Source: Planctomycetota bacterium (GTDB taxonomy: Bacteria; Planctomycetota; Planctomycetia; Planctomycetales; Planctomycetaceae). Taken from it: DNA of 64,000 nt. Positions 29,640-38,112 of the stretch are shown piece after piece. A program made the translations under genes and the position numbers. A model generated the notes under the pieces. That model was not told the origin of the DNA. It saw only the letters and a list, made by a program, of their open reading frames with translations, and made no database searches. How positions within the stretch are numbered: the first letter of the stretch is position 1; the number at the start of each line of letters is the position of its first letter. Location: contig JBJTOM010000512.1 in NCBI GenBank assembly GCA_046074585.1, forward strand, positions 1,478 to 65,477, in the 5' to 3' direction.

Positions 29640-31262
29640 TCAACGTCCGTTGGGTTCTCGCAGCAGCACTCCCATGCCAAAGGTGTCTTCGAAAAGTCCG
29701 GCTTTCTGCCGAAGTTCCATACGCTCCAGCGACAGATCCCCTGCAGATCGCGTAGCCGTGAGCACCAGCCGGTTGCGTTCAAGCGAGCAGTCGATGCTGC
29801 CGATTCGCTGGGTGCCGCTGGTATCGAGGGCGACGGCGACGCGAAGAATGGCCGCCAGACGCGAAACGATCACACGGCTGTCTCGATCCAGCCTCGCAAA
29901 ATATTCGTGCGTGGGTTTTGGTGCTGCACGTCGGTGGTATCGGGCAATGAGCGCCACCAGCTGATGATCGAGTGAATTGAGTCCGAAAAGTTCGCTGTTC
30001 ATAATGAGGTAGTATGAGTGTTTGTGGTAGCCGGAGAGCCCTACAAACAGCCCGGTGGTGTGAAGCAGCGCAGCGGTGTACAAAAGCGTCTCACAGCGAG
30101 CATCCATGCGATGCTCAGACTGCAGTGCCGTAAACAATCTGCGGGCAAGCTCAGCCACATGCAGTGCATGTGGCATGTCAACCTGGTATTTTCGCGCGAG
30201 TTCGAGGGCTGAATTGACGATCTGTTCACGGAAATCGGGCGACCAGTCATTGGGACGCAGCATCCCCTGCAGCAGCGCATCGCGAATGTTGAAACCGGTC
30301 ACCAGCAGATGCTCGACTCGCAGCAATTCTGCGAGCCGCAGATTGGAAAGCAGTGCCGGGACAAGTGTCTCCGCCTGTGAAAGCTCAATATGGTACTTGT
30401 GCATCACGGCATCCACGGGCATGGGAAGGATGCGTTCTGTAAGTCGCCTGAGCTCTCGCGACGGCACACGCGCGAACCCGGCATTGCGGGGATCAAGATT
30501 CATCAGTCGAGCGGCCAGCCGCATATCTCCGCCAAGACTCACAATCTGCGGCGTCCGATCGCGGGGAATCAGCTCCACCAGCGGTTCCAGAGTGCGGTCG
30601 ATCTGGCCGGTGAGCAGTGTTTCTGAATCGCGACGTGAAGCCTCCGACTGCAGCAGCAGCTGCTGCAGACGAAGCGAACCAAGCCGCCACGGCTGTGCGT
30701 GTACGATGTTCTTGCCGCGGAGCACCAGAACTTCCGTGTTGCCACCTCCAACTTCCACGACCAGCGTTGCTGCATTGTCCCGCACCACATCCTCCTGCAG
30801 CAGCGGTCGCACTCCCAGGTAGGTCAGACGGGCGATTTCCGCGTCGTCAATCAGTTCCACGGCGAGTCCTGTAGCGATGTAGATGCGGTCCAGCACATCC
30901 AGACGATTCACCGCTTCCCGCACCGCACTCGTCGCTACCACCCGGATGAATCTGGCATCCGAACACTGGTACTCACGCAGCTTGCGACGGTAGCTCTTGA
31001 GCACCCGGATGCATTCCTGAATTGTCTTCCGCTGAATCTCACCACCTGTAAATGTGTCCTTGCCAAGACTCACGCCACGAACCAGCTGTTCAAGCACTCG
31101 CACCTCGGAACCACCATCGCTCTCCCCGATGGCCATGCGAATCGCTGATGTTCCCAGTTCAATCACCGCCAGCGGAAACGCGCGCCGACCACGCAGCGGG
31201 TCGGCCGGCAGCTCAGCACGGCCCGCAGGTTCATGGCGAGGATTTTCAGCGGGAGTGGACAT
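29640..31262 (-). CDS. ppx: Exopolyphosphatase / Ppx-GppA family phosphatase
   Basis: AVIELGTSAIRMAI...VVEVGGGNTE matches the ASKHA fold of Ppx/GppA. The C-terminal region is HD-like (LHTTGLFVGLSGYHKHSYYLI). Confidence 0.85.
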   Translation of the reverse strand: MSTPAENPRHEPAGRAELPADPLRGRRAFPLAVIELGTSAIRMAIGESDGGSEVRVLEQLVRGVSLGKDTFTGGEIQRKTIQECIRVLKSYRRKLREYQCSDARFIRVVATSAVREAVNRLDVLDRIYIATGLAVELIDDAEIARLTYLGVRPLLQEDVVRDNAATLVVEVGGGNTEVLVLRGKNIVHAQPWRLGSLRLQQLLLQSEASRRDSETLLTGQIDRTLEPLVELIPRDRTPQIVSLGGDMRLAARLMNLDPRNAGFARVPSRELRRLTERILPMPVDAVMHKYHIELSQAETLVPALLSNLRLAELLRVEHLLVTGFNIRDALLQGMLRPNDWSPDFREQIVNSALELARKYQVDMPHALHVAELARRLFTALQSEHRMDARCETLLYTAALLHTTGLFVGLSGYHKHSYYLIMNSELFGLNSLDHQLVALIARYHRRAAPKPTHEYFARLDRDSRVIVSRLAAILRVAVALDTSGTQRIGSIDCSLERNRLVLTATRSAGDLSLERMELRQKAGLFEDTFGMGVLLREPNGR

Positions 31263-31349
31263 GTCGGGTTTTCAGCTTCAAGGGGGGGGCATGGAGACAG
31301 GTCAGGAATCCGCTGCAAGCCATGGACAAAAACTGCCTGCAGCGGCCAA

Positions 31350-32390
31350 TCAGGAACCGGCAGGCTTCGGAGGATTCTGGTCTGTCTTTTTTCGAGATTT
31401 CGTGGACTGTTCGGCTTCTGCCCGAACCAGTGCTGCAGCCCCCACGGCCGCCGCCAGATCCCCAAGCTCACTGACTTTCAGCCGCGCACAGCCCGCCAGA
31501 GATGGCAGCACATTGCGACGCACACCCGCGTCGACGCTCTCCAAATACAGTTTCGGCATGGCCTCAACAAGGCCACCTCCCAGAATCACGGCATCCGGGG
31601 CAAGGATGTTGATCAGGCAACCGATGCCCTGCCCCACCACTTCGGCCGCCCGGCGGACAATCCGCTCGATCACCCCGTCACCCCGCTCGATTGATTTTGC
31701 CAGAGCCGAACTGCGGATATTGGATATGTCCGTGCCGGCAAGATCCCGCAGATGCGGCGCCTGACCTCGAAAGACAGCCTTTGCGGCTTCCGCGGAAATG
31801 GCCAGCCGACTGGCCATGCCCTCAAGCGTCCCCGGAGGGCCTGCACCCGCCAGCGGACCGTCAGCCGACATCTGCAGATAGCCAACCTCCATGCACGAAG
31901 ATCGGCTGCCGCGAAGGATTCGTCCCTCGTACACAAAACCACCGCCGATTCCTGTACCCGGAAAGACCCCGAGCACACTGCGAAAGCCCTGTCCTGCCCC
32001 GGCTGAGTATTCGCCGAAAACCCCCGCGTCCACGTCGTTGCAAATCACCGCCGGACAACTGAATCGCTTCGCAAGAAAATCCCGGAGCGCAACATTCTTC
32101 CAGCCGAGATTGGGGGCTTCCAGCACCAGACCTTTCTGCAGGTCCAGAGGCCCCGGAACTCCAGCCCCGATCCCGGCAATCGATGCCGGTGGAATCCGGG
32201 CGGATTCGAGTGCCTGCACGATGGTCTCGGCGATGCGGTCGAGACTCACAGGCTCGCCCTCGCTCGACCGAGTCCTGCGACGTCTGCGAGCAACCTCTTT
32301 CAGGCGATGGTCAAACACCACCGCCATCATCTTGGTGCCCCCCAGATCAAAGCCAACCCAGTAGTTGCAATTTTCTGTGTCGTCAGTCAT
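31350..32390 (-). CDS. ROK-family glucokinase
   Basis: VGFDLGGTKMMAVV, CNDVDAGVFGE and PGTGIGGGFVYEGRILRG are ROK/glucokinase motifs. The start is placed at ATG 32390. Confidence 0.8.
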   Translation of the reverse strand: MTDDTENCNYWVGFDLGGTKMMAVVFDHRLKEVARRRRRTRSSEGEPVSLDRIAETIVQALESARIPPASIAGIGAGVPGPLDLQKGLVLEAPNLGWKNVALRDFLAKRFSCPAVICNDVDAGVFGEYSAGAGQGFRSVLGVFPGTGIGGGFVYEGRILRGSRSSCMEVGYLQMSADGPLAGAGPPGTLEGMASRLAISAEAAKAVFRGQAPHLRDLAGTDISNIRSSALAKSIERGDGVIERIVRRAAEVVGQGIGCLINILAPDAVILGGGLVEAMPKLYLESVDAGVRRNVLPSLAGCARLKVSELGDLAAAVGAAALVRAEAEQSTKSRKKTDQNPPKPAGS

Positions 32391-32529
32391 TGCCCAATCA
32401 TTCTGAATGCAAGTGATGCCCGCTCGCTGATTGCCTGCCGGCGACAAGTGTAGCGAAAACCGTGGATCAGGGACAAACAGGAAAATCGGCGCGATTCCGG
32501 GGAACGCCCCGTAAGATTCGTCCGGAAAA

Positions 32530-33282
32530 TCAGAAGCGTTTCAACGCCACCAGAGAGTTGGCACAGAGGTAACCCATGAAGATGGCCAGAAACTGCGGAT
32601 CCGGCTGCACACTGTGGAAGTTGAACACCAGATTCTGGCCCGGAATCCACCCCAGCAGAAACCGGGGAAAGAATGCCTGACCGCTGCTTTGACACCGCGC
32701 TGCCCAGAGACACATCGCTCCCGAGACTGCCACTGAAGCCTTCAGCGCCAGTTCGTATCGGTCCACCCCGCGAGGACCATACTGGCGGAGACAGGCGGCC
32801 ATGATCTGACCACCGTCGAGCGGCAAAGCGGGAATCAGATTCAGCACATTCACGATCAATCCTCCGAACATCAGCATTCGGAACATGAAGAGCAGTTGCG
32901 GGTACTCCGCGAGCGTCCCTGGAAAGACAATCCAACCGGCGACGTAGATCACAGTTCCGGCAGCAAGGCCCGCAAGGGGACCGGCCAGCGAAACGGTCAC
33001 CGCGCGGCGAAAGGGAAAGTGGGCAGACGTGGCATAGCCGCCAAGGACATACAGCACTATCTCTGATGGGTAGCCGTAACGTCGAATCACGATCGCATGA
33101 CCCAGCTCGTGCACCAGAACTGAAAAGAAGATACAGAGCACACCCAGCACAACCCGCGCTGGGTTATCTCCGTCCCAGACCATCATGGCAGAGGAAATCC
33201 AGAAGATGGGATGCACACGAACCGGGATCCGGAACAATTCAAATCTCAGATCGAGGTCTGTTTCGCCTGCCATTCCAAACAT
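32530..33282 (-). CDS. Site-2 protease family (peptidase M50) membrane metalloprotease
   Basis: HELGHAIVIRRYG (HExxH in a TM helix) plus LNLIPALPLDGG (the M50 NxxPxxxLDG motif). Confidence 0.85.
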   Translation of the reverse strand: MFGMAGETDLDLRFELFRIPVRVHPIFWISSAMMVWDGDNPARVVLGVLCIFFSVLVHELGHAIVIRRYGYPSEIVLYVLGGYATSAHFPFRRAVTVSLAGPLAGLAAGTVIYVAGWIVFPGTLAEYPQLLFMFRMLMFGGLIVNVLNLIPALPLDGGQIMAACLRQYGPRGVDRYELALKASVAVSGAMCLWAARCQSSGQAFFPRFLLGWIPGQNLVFNFHSVQPDPQFLAIFMGYLCANSLVALKRF

Positions 33283-33459
33283 GGTATTCCTCCGGAATTC
33301 ATCCGCATTCGCCGAACCGCTGTCGCATTCTCCGAACGCGCAGGATACATTTTTCAGGAACGTTTTGCACGGAACGTCAGAAGGTCGAACCAACCTCGAT
33401 CTGCCGTCACTCTCCACCCCCTGCCGGAGGCTCTGGATTTGGATTTCTTCCGAATACTG

Positions 33460-34431
33460 ATGGGCGCCCCGATCTTCAGGGACATCCTCGGTCCCCTCCT
33501 TCGCCCCATCGTCCGCCCCCTGTCACGGGTTCTCCTGGGCCTCATCGCCATTCCCCTTTTCCGACTCATTCTTCGCAGAGTCTTCCGAATTCAGGAACTC
33601 AGCGTAGAAATGGAAAAGGACCTGCGAGAATGGTTTCGCGCCTCCCTGCTGCTCCTTGCCGCGACCGCCAACATGGAGCATCTGCTCTTCAGCTGGCTCA
33701 CCAAAGTTGACTGGCTCGATCGCGCCGACTGGTTCACTATGGGCCTCCGCCTCCTCATGGTCATCGGCGTCATCCAGACCATGCCGGATCAGGAACTCTT
33801 CGCCGTCCTGCACCCCGGCCCTCCAAAGCTGACAAAAGGAGTCCCATGGCTGCAGCAGGTCAGAGAGCTCAAATGGAAAATTCTTCAGGGAGTGCTCTGC
33901 CGACACCTCAATAAGTCCTCGCCTGTCCTTGCCATGATGTGCGCGATCGTCGGTGGAGAACTCTCTTCAGCTCCGCAAACCAGCGAACTCATCGAAACCC
34001 AGCGCAGACTCTGCATCGGCTGCTCATTCGCTGCCGCCGGAGTTGGCTCTCAGGCCACCGTCTTTGCCCCTGCTCTCCACCTGACCGCACCAACCCTCTA
34101 CGCCTGCGGACTCGCAGAAAGCAATCCCGCCCACACACGACTCAGCGATGGCACTGTCCCGCCACTCGGCTTCTACGAACTGGCTCAGTACAACAACACA
34201 AAACGCGCGTACGATCACAGTCGAACGCGATTCATCGTGGGCTGGGTTTGCTATCTCGCTGCCATCTCACAGTATCTCATTATCGGCCTCGTCACATCAC
34301 GCGACCGTGCCATGAAGGTGCTCACTCTGTTCGACCAGGCCGTCGCCGAACGTCGCAGAGAGATCATCGAAACCTACAACCTGCAGGATGATGCCAATCC
34401 TCCTCTGCCCGATCTGCCATCCACCGACTGA
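33460..34431 (+). CDS. Hypothetical membrane protein
   Basis: Coding-like ORF with several hydrophobic helices. The start is placed at ATG 33460 to avoid overlap with the divergent M50 gene. No family was recognised. Confidence 0.5.
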   Translation: MGAPIFRDILGPLLRPIVRPLSRVLLGLIAIPLFRLILRRVFRIQELSVEMEKDLREWFRASLLLLAATANMEHLLFSWLTKVDWLDRADWFTMGLRLLMVIGVIQTMPDQELFAVLHPGPPKLTKGVPWLQQVRELKWKILQGVLCRHLNKSSPVLAMMCAIVGGELSSAPQTSELIETQRRLCIGCSFAAAGVGSQATVFAPALHLTAPTLYACGLAESNPAHTRLSDGTVPPLGFYELAQYNNTKRAYDHSRTRFIVGWVCYLAAISQYLIIGLVTSRDRAMKVLTLFDQAVAERRREIIETYNLQDDANPPLPDLPSTD

Positions 34432-34449
34432 ACCTTAGAGCTCCCCCAA

Positions 34450-36669
34450 ATGCATCGCCTCCGCCCTACCCTGCTCTGCTGCGTCTGCCTGTGGCTGCCA
34501 GCTTTCTGCTCGCAAACTCCTGCCAGCGATCAGAAACGCATTCCCTGGACCGGCACACAACTGAACGGCACAGCGGAACCCGCCCTGCCCTTTCGTGCCA
34601 CTCGCGTCTGGCCCGCACTGGAGCTGAAAGCCCCGGTCTATCTCCGCGCCGAACCCGGCACCCCACGAATACTCGTGGTCGACCACAAGGCCGGTGGCAT
34701 GGAGCCTGGTGGCATTGTCGCCTTCAACAGCAGTGTCGAGGCCGGCGCTGTCCAGACCGTGCTCACCACCGACTTCCTCATCTATGGTTTCTGCTTTCAC
34801 CCCAGCTACACGGAAAATCGCTGGATTTATGTGATCAGCAACGGCCCCGCCAAAGACGCCGTCAAACGCAATCGAATCGCCCGCTGGACGATCAGCCGTG
34901 ATGATGCCGGAAAAGCAGAGCCAGACAGTGAGATCGTGATCCTCGAATGGGAATCCAATGGTCACAATGGCGGTGATCTCGCCTTCGGTCCTGATGGAAT
35001 GCTCTACTGCCCCACAGGAGACGGCACCACCGACAGCGATCCACTGGCGACCGGCCAGGGACTCAACGATCTGCTCTCCGTCATGCTCCGACTTGACGTC
35101 AGGTCGACAACCCGCGAACGTCCCTATGCGATTCCTCCCGATAATCCCTTTATCGGTATCCCCGATGCCCGGCCGGAAATCTGGGCCTACGGCTTCCGCA
35201 ATCCATGGCGACTGGATATCGATCAGCAGTCCGGACAGGTCTGGGTGGGCCAGAACGGACAGGACCTCTGGGAACAGGTGTATCTGGTGCAGCGCGGCGA
35301 GAATTATGGCTGGAGCGTTCAGGAGGGCAGCCACCCCTTCTACCTTGAACGTCCCCGTGGTCCCCACGCGATTACTCCCCCGACCGCCGAACATTCACAC
35401 GCCGAAGCACGAAGCCTCACCGGTGGGATCGTCTGTCGTAACACCGAATTTCCCGAACTCGAAGGCTGCTTTCTCTACGGCGACTATTCCACCGGACGCA
35501 TCTGGGCAATTCACAGGGACAACGGTCAGACGGCCGTCCAGCGAGAAATCGCCGACACCACGCTGCAGATCGCCGGTTTCGCCCGCGGGCACTCCGGAGA
35601 AATCCTGATCGCAGACCACGGCGGAGGCCTCTGGAAACTTGAACACACACCAGCCGAGCCCCCCTTCGCCTTCCCGCAGAAACTCAGCGAGACCGGACTC
35701 TTTCTGTCTGTCCGAAATCACCAGATGGCATCCGGTATCATGCCGTATTCCGTGAATGTGCCATTCTGGTCCGACGGCGCTCACAAACAGCGCTGGTTCG
35801 CCGTTCCCGACATGGAGACCATCGAATACACACGCCCCCGTGGATGGAACTTCCCGAACGGCTCAGTCCTCATCAAAAGCTTCTGGCTGGAACGGCGTCA
35901 GGGCGATCCCGATTCCCGATTCCCCATCGAAACCCGACTCATGGTCCGCTGGCAAAACGAATGGGCAGGCTACTCCTACCGCTGGAATAACGAAGCGACC
36001 GATGCAGCACTCGTCAGCCGCGATGGACTCGACGCCGAATTCACCCTCACCAATGCAGCCACCGGAACAACTGTCAGCCAGACCTGGCATTACCCCTCGC
36101 GAGCAGAATGCATGGTCTGTCATTCCCGAGCTGCCAATTACGTGCTGGGATTGTGCGAGCCGCAAATGAACTGCAACCTGCCCGACGGCAACGGTGGCTC
36201 AGTCAGTCAGCTGCAGCGTCTCGAACAACTTGGCTATTTCTCAAAGCCAATCGACACGCCCCCTGCAGAACGACTCAAACTCGTCCCCCACGACGATCAG
36301 ACGACTCCACTTGCCATCCGCGCTGCCTCGTGGCTCCACGCCAACTGCTCATCCTGCCACGTGGAAGCCGGAGGTGGAAACTCACAGTTCTCGGCCGAAT
36401 TTACCGAGGTTCCCGAAAAACGCCGACTCATCGACGCCCAGCCCGTCCACTCAGCCTTCGAGCTCAAAAATGCACGTCTGGTTGCACCCGGTGCGCCCGC
36501 CAGCTCCATCCTGCTGCACCGCATTTCCCAACGGGACCGCAGTCGAATGCCACCCATCGGGTCACTCATTCCTGACCCCTCCGGAGTCGACCTGATCCGT
36601 CGCTGGATTGAGCAACTCGAACCCGGCAGCACAGCATCAATCACCAGCGGCACGCCGGCCGACAGGTGA
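34450..36669 (+). CDS. PQQ-dependent sugar dehydrogenase-like beta-propeller fused to a di-heme c-type cytochrome region
   Basis: NGHNGGDLAFGPDGMLYCPTGDG and WAYGFRNPWRLDID are typical of glucose/sorbosone dehydrogenases. The C-terminal part has CMVCH and CSSCH heme motifs. Confidence 0.8.
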   Translation: MHRLRPTLLCCVCLWLPAFCSQTPASDQKRIPWTGTQLNGTAEPALPFRATRVWPALELKAPVYLRAEPGTPRILVVDHKAGGMEPGGIVAFNSSVEAGAVQTVLTTDFLIYGFCFHPSYTENRWIYVISNGPAKDAVKRNRIARWTISRDDAGKAEPDSEIVILEWESNGHNGGDLAFGPDGMLYCPTGDGTTDSDPLATGQGLNDLLSVMLRLDVRSTTRERPYAIPPDNPFIGIPDARPEIWAYGFRNPWRLDIDQQSGQVWVGQNGQDLWEQVYLVQRGENYGWSVQEGSHPFYLERPRGPHAITPPTAEHSHAEARSLTGGIVCRNTEFPELEGCFLYGDYSTGRIWAIHRDNGQTAVQREIADTTLQIAGFARGHSGEILIADHGGGLWKLEHTPAEPPFAFPQKLSETGLFLSVRNHQMASGIMPYSVNVPFWSDGAHKQRWFAVPDMETIEYTRPRGWNFPNGSVLIKSFWLERRQGDPDSRFPIETRLMVRWQNEWAGYSYRWNNEATDAALVSRDGLDAEFTLTNAATGTTVSQTWHYPSRAECMVCHSRAANYVLGLCEPQMNCNLPDGNGGSVSQLQRLEQLGYFSKPIDTPPAERLKLVPHDDQTTPLAIRAASWLHANCSSCHVEAGGGNSQFSAEFTEVPEKRRLIDAQPVHSAFELKNARLVAPGAPASSILLHRISQRDRSRMPPIGSLIPDPSGVDLIRRWIEQLEPGSTASITSGTPADR

Positions 36670-36810
36670 AGCCCAGCCTTCGCACCCCCACCATGCCAGC
36701 AAACGCAAAACGGCTTCCGGGAGAAGGCCTTCCGGAAGCCGCAGTCTTCAGTTCTCAGCAGGATCAGTTGCCAGCAGGAAGCGACCAGCGTCCAATCCCG
36801 CTTCAGGACA

Positions 36811-37824
36811 TCAGCGATTCAGGCCAAACAAACCGGCCAGACCACTGCTCTTGCGAGGAGCCTTGTGCAGCCGGGAGGGGAAGAAGGCCTGAGGTTCAGT
36901 GGTGGCCGGAGCGGCCGGAGCAGCTTCGGCAGGAGGAGCAGGAGCCGGAGTGCTCACGCCAGGCTCGGCAGCCACAGGCACGGTACCACAGGCACCATTG
37001 CCGCAGCCGTCGGTGCAGCCGTTGCAGCAGCCGTCCACAACTTCATAGCCACAAGCTTCCAGAGCTTCTTCAGCCTGACGACGAACTCCACGATCGCAGT
37101 CAGCCAGAGCACAGGTCAGAGCTGACACTGTGGTCGGGCTGCAGCAGCAGCGGTTGGATCGAATTGCGTCACCAATTTCGTCAGCGGCTTCTGCACGAAC
37201 ACGTTCGTCCGTGTCGTTCAGTCCATACACGAAGGCGTTCATGATCTCGGGGTAGCAGCAGCAGTCGTAGTTGCCGAGCTTATCGAGAGCATTGCGGCGA
37301 TTCTTCGCATAGCAGTCAGTCATCGACACGTAAATCAGCTGAGCAACCTTGCAGGCATCTTCGCGGTTGCATTCTCCGCAGCCTTCGCCACAGGCTGGAT
37401 CACAGGGAACTGCACAGCCCGGATCACAGGGGACACTGCAGCCGGGGTCAGCCGGAGCACAGCAGCCCGGATCAGCCGGAGCACAGCAGCCCGGGTCCGC
37501 CGGAACACAGCAACCCGGATCTGCCGGAGCACAGCAACCTGGGTCCACTGGTGCACAGCAACCCGGATCCACCGGAGCACAGCAACCCGGATCGGTCACG
37601 CAGCCGTCATCACAGCACGGTGGCTTGATGTCGGAGCACTTGCGCTGGTACGTGTACACGTTGGTGTGACACGGACGAGCAATCGTTGGTTTGCAGCAGG
37701 CCGGCTGACAGTCTTCAGCACAGCCGCAGCCCTTGCAGCTGCCCAGGCCGAAGAGACCGGCTTCCGCCGATCCCATCATACCAGTCAGAGCAAGACCCGC
37801 AGAAAACATCCATGACAACTTCAT
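36811..37824 (-). CDS. Secreted Cys-rich protein with DPGCCAP heptad repeats and HEAT-like repeats
   Basis: Signal peptide MKLSWMFSAGLALTGMMGSAEA. Six near-identical DPGCCAP(V/A) heptads are followed by degenerate copies. HEAT/PBS-lyase-like segments are DTDERVRAEAADEIGD and DCDRGVRRQAEEALEA. The start is placed at ATG 37824. Confidence 0.7.
   Translation of the reverse strand: MKLSWMFSAGLALTGMMGSAEAGLFGLGSCKGCGCAEDCQPACCKPTIARPCHTNVYTYQRKCSDIKPPCCDDGCVTDPGCCAPVDPGCCAPVDPGCCAPADPGCCVPADPGCCAPADPGCCAPADPGCSVPCDPGCAVPCDPACGEGCGECNREDACKVAQLIYVSMTDCYAKNRRNALDKLGNYDCCCYPEIMNAFVYGLNDTDERVRAEAADEIGDAIRSNRCCCSPTTVSALTCALADCDRGVRRQAEEALEACGYEVVDGCCNGCTDGCGNGACGTVPVAAEPGVSTPAPAPPAEAAPAAPATTEPQAFFPSRLHKAPRKSSGLAGLFGLNR
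37441..37593 (-). repeat. Tandem 21-bp coding repeat (about 7 copies) encoding DPGCCAP(A/V)
   Basis: On the plus strand the unit is approximately cagccggagcacagcagcccgga, with synonymous or near-synonymous variation between copies. Confidence 0.85.
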
Positions 37825-38112
37825 CAGACCTTCTCTCCTTCCTCTAGGACATCGTTCCGTCGACCGCCCCGCCCCGGCGGATATCGAACCGGCCCTGCCT
37901 TTACGGCCTCGGCCGGCCGCAGGCGGCAGGCACTCCAGTCGATGATTTCGCCTCGGTAAAGCGTCCCGCCTCGGTCTCCCATGACCTCGGCCTGCAATCT
38001 CACAGTCCGTGGAACGCACCAGGACTATCGTCGCCTTCAATTCACCCGCTTGAATCTGCAAATGTGTTTACGCTGCAATTACTTGCGTCGTTTTTGAGTC
38101 CTGTTGTAACGA

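Noticed and set aside
34435-35394. 319-aa minus-strand ORF opposite the PQQ-dehydrogenase-like gene
   Set aside because: The plus strand carries clear homology motifs (NGHNGGDLAFGPDG, WAYGFRNPWR). The antisense translation is Gly/Ala/Arg-rich with no motif. This is the typical GC-rich shadow ORF.
37825-38112. Search for a sigma54 (-24 TGGCAC / -12 TTGC) promoter between the Cys-rich gene and the sigma54 activator
   Set aside because: The only partial matches (for example tggaacgcaccagga at about 38010) lack the -12 TTGC at the right spacing. No promoter is called.
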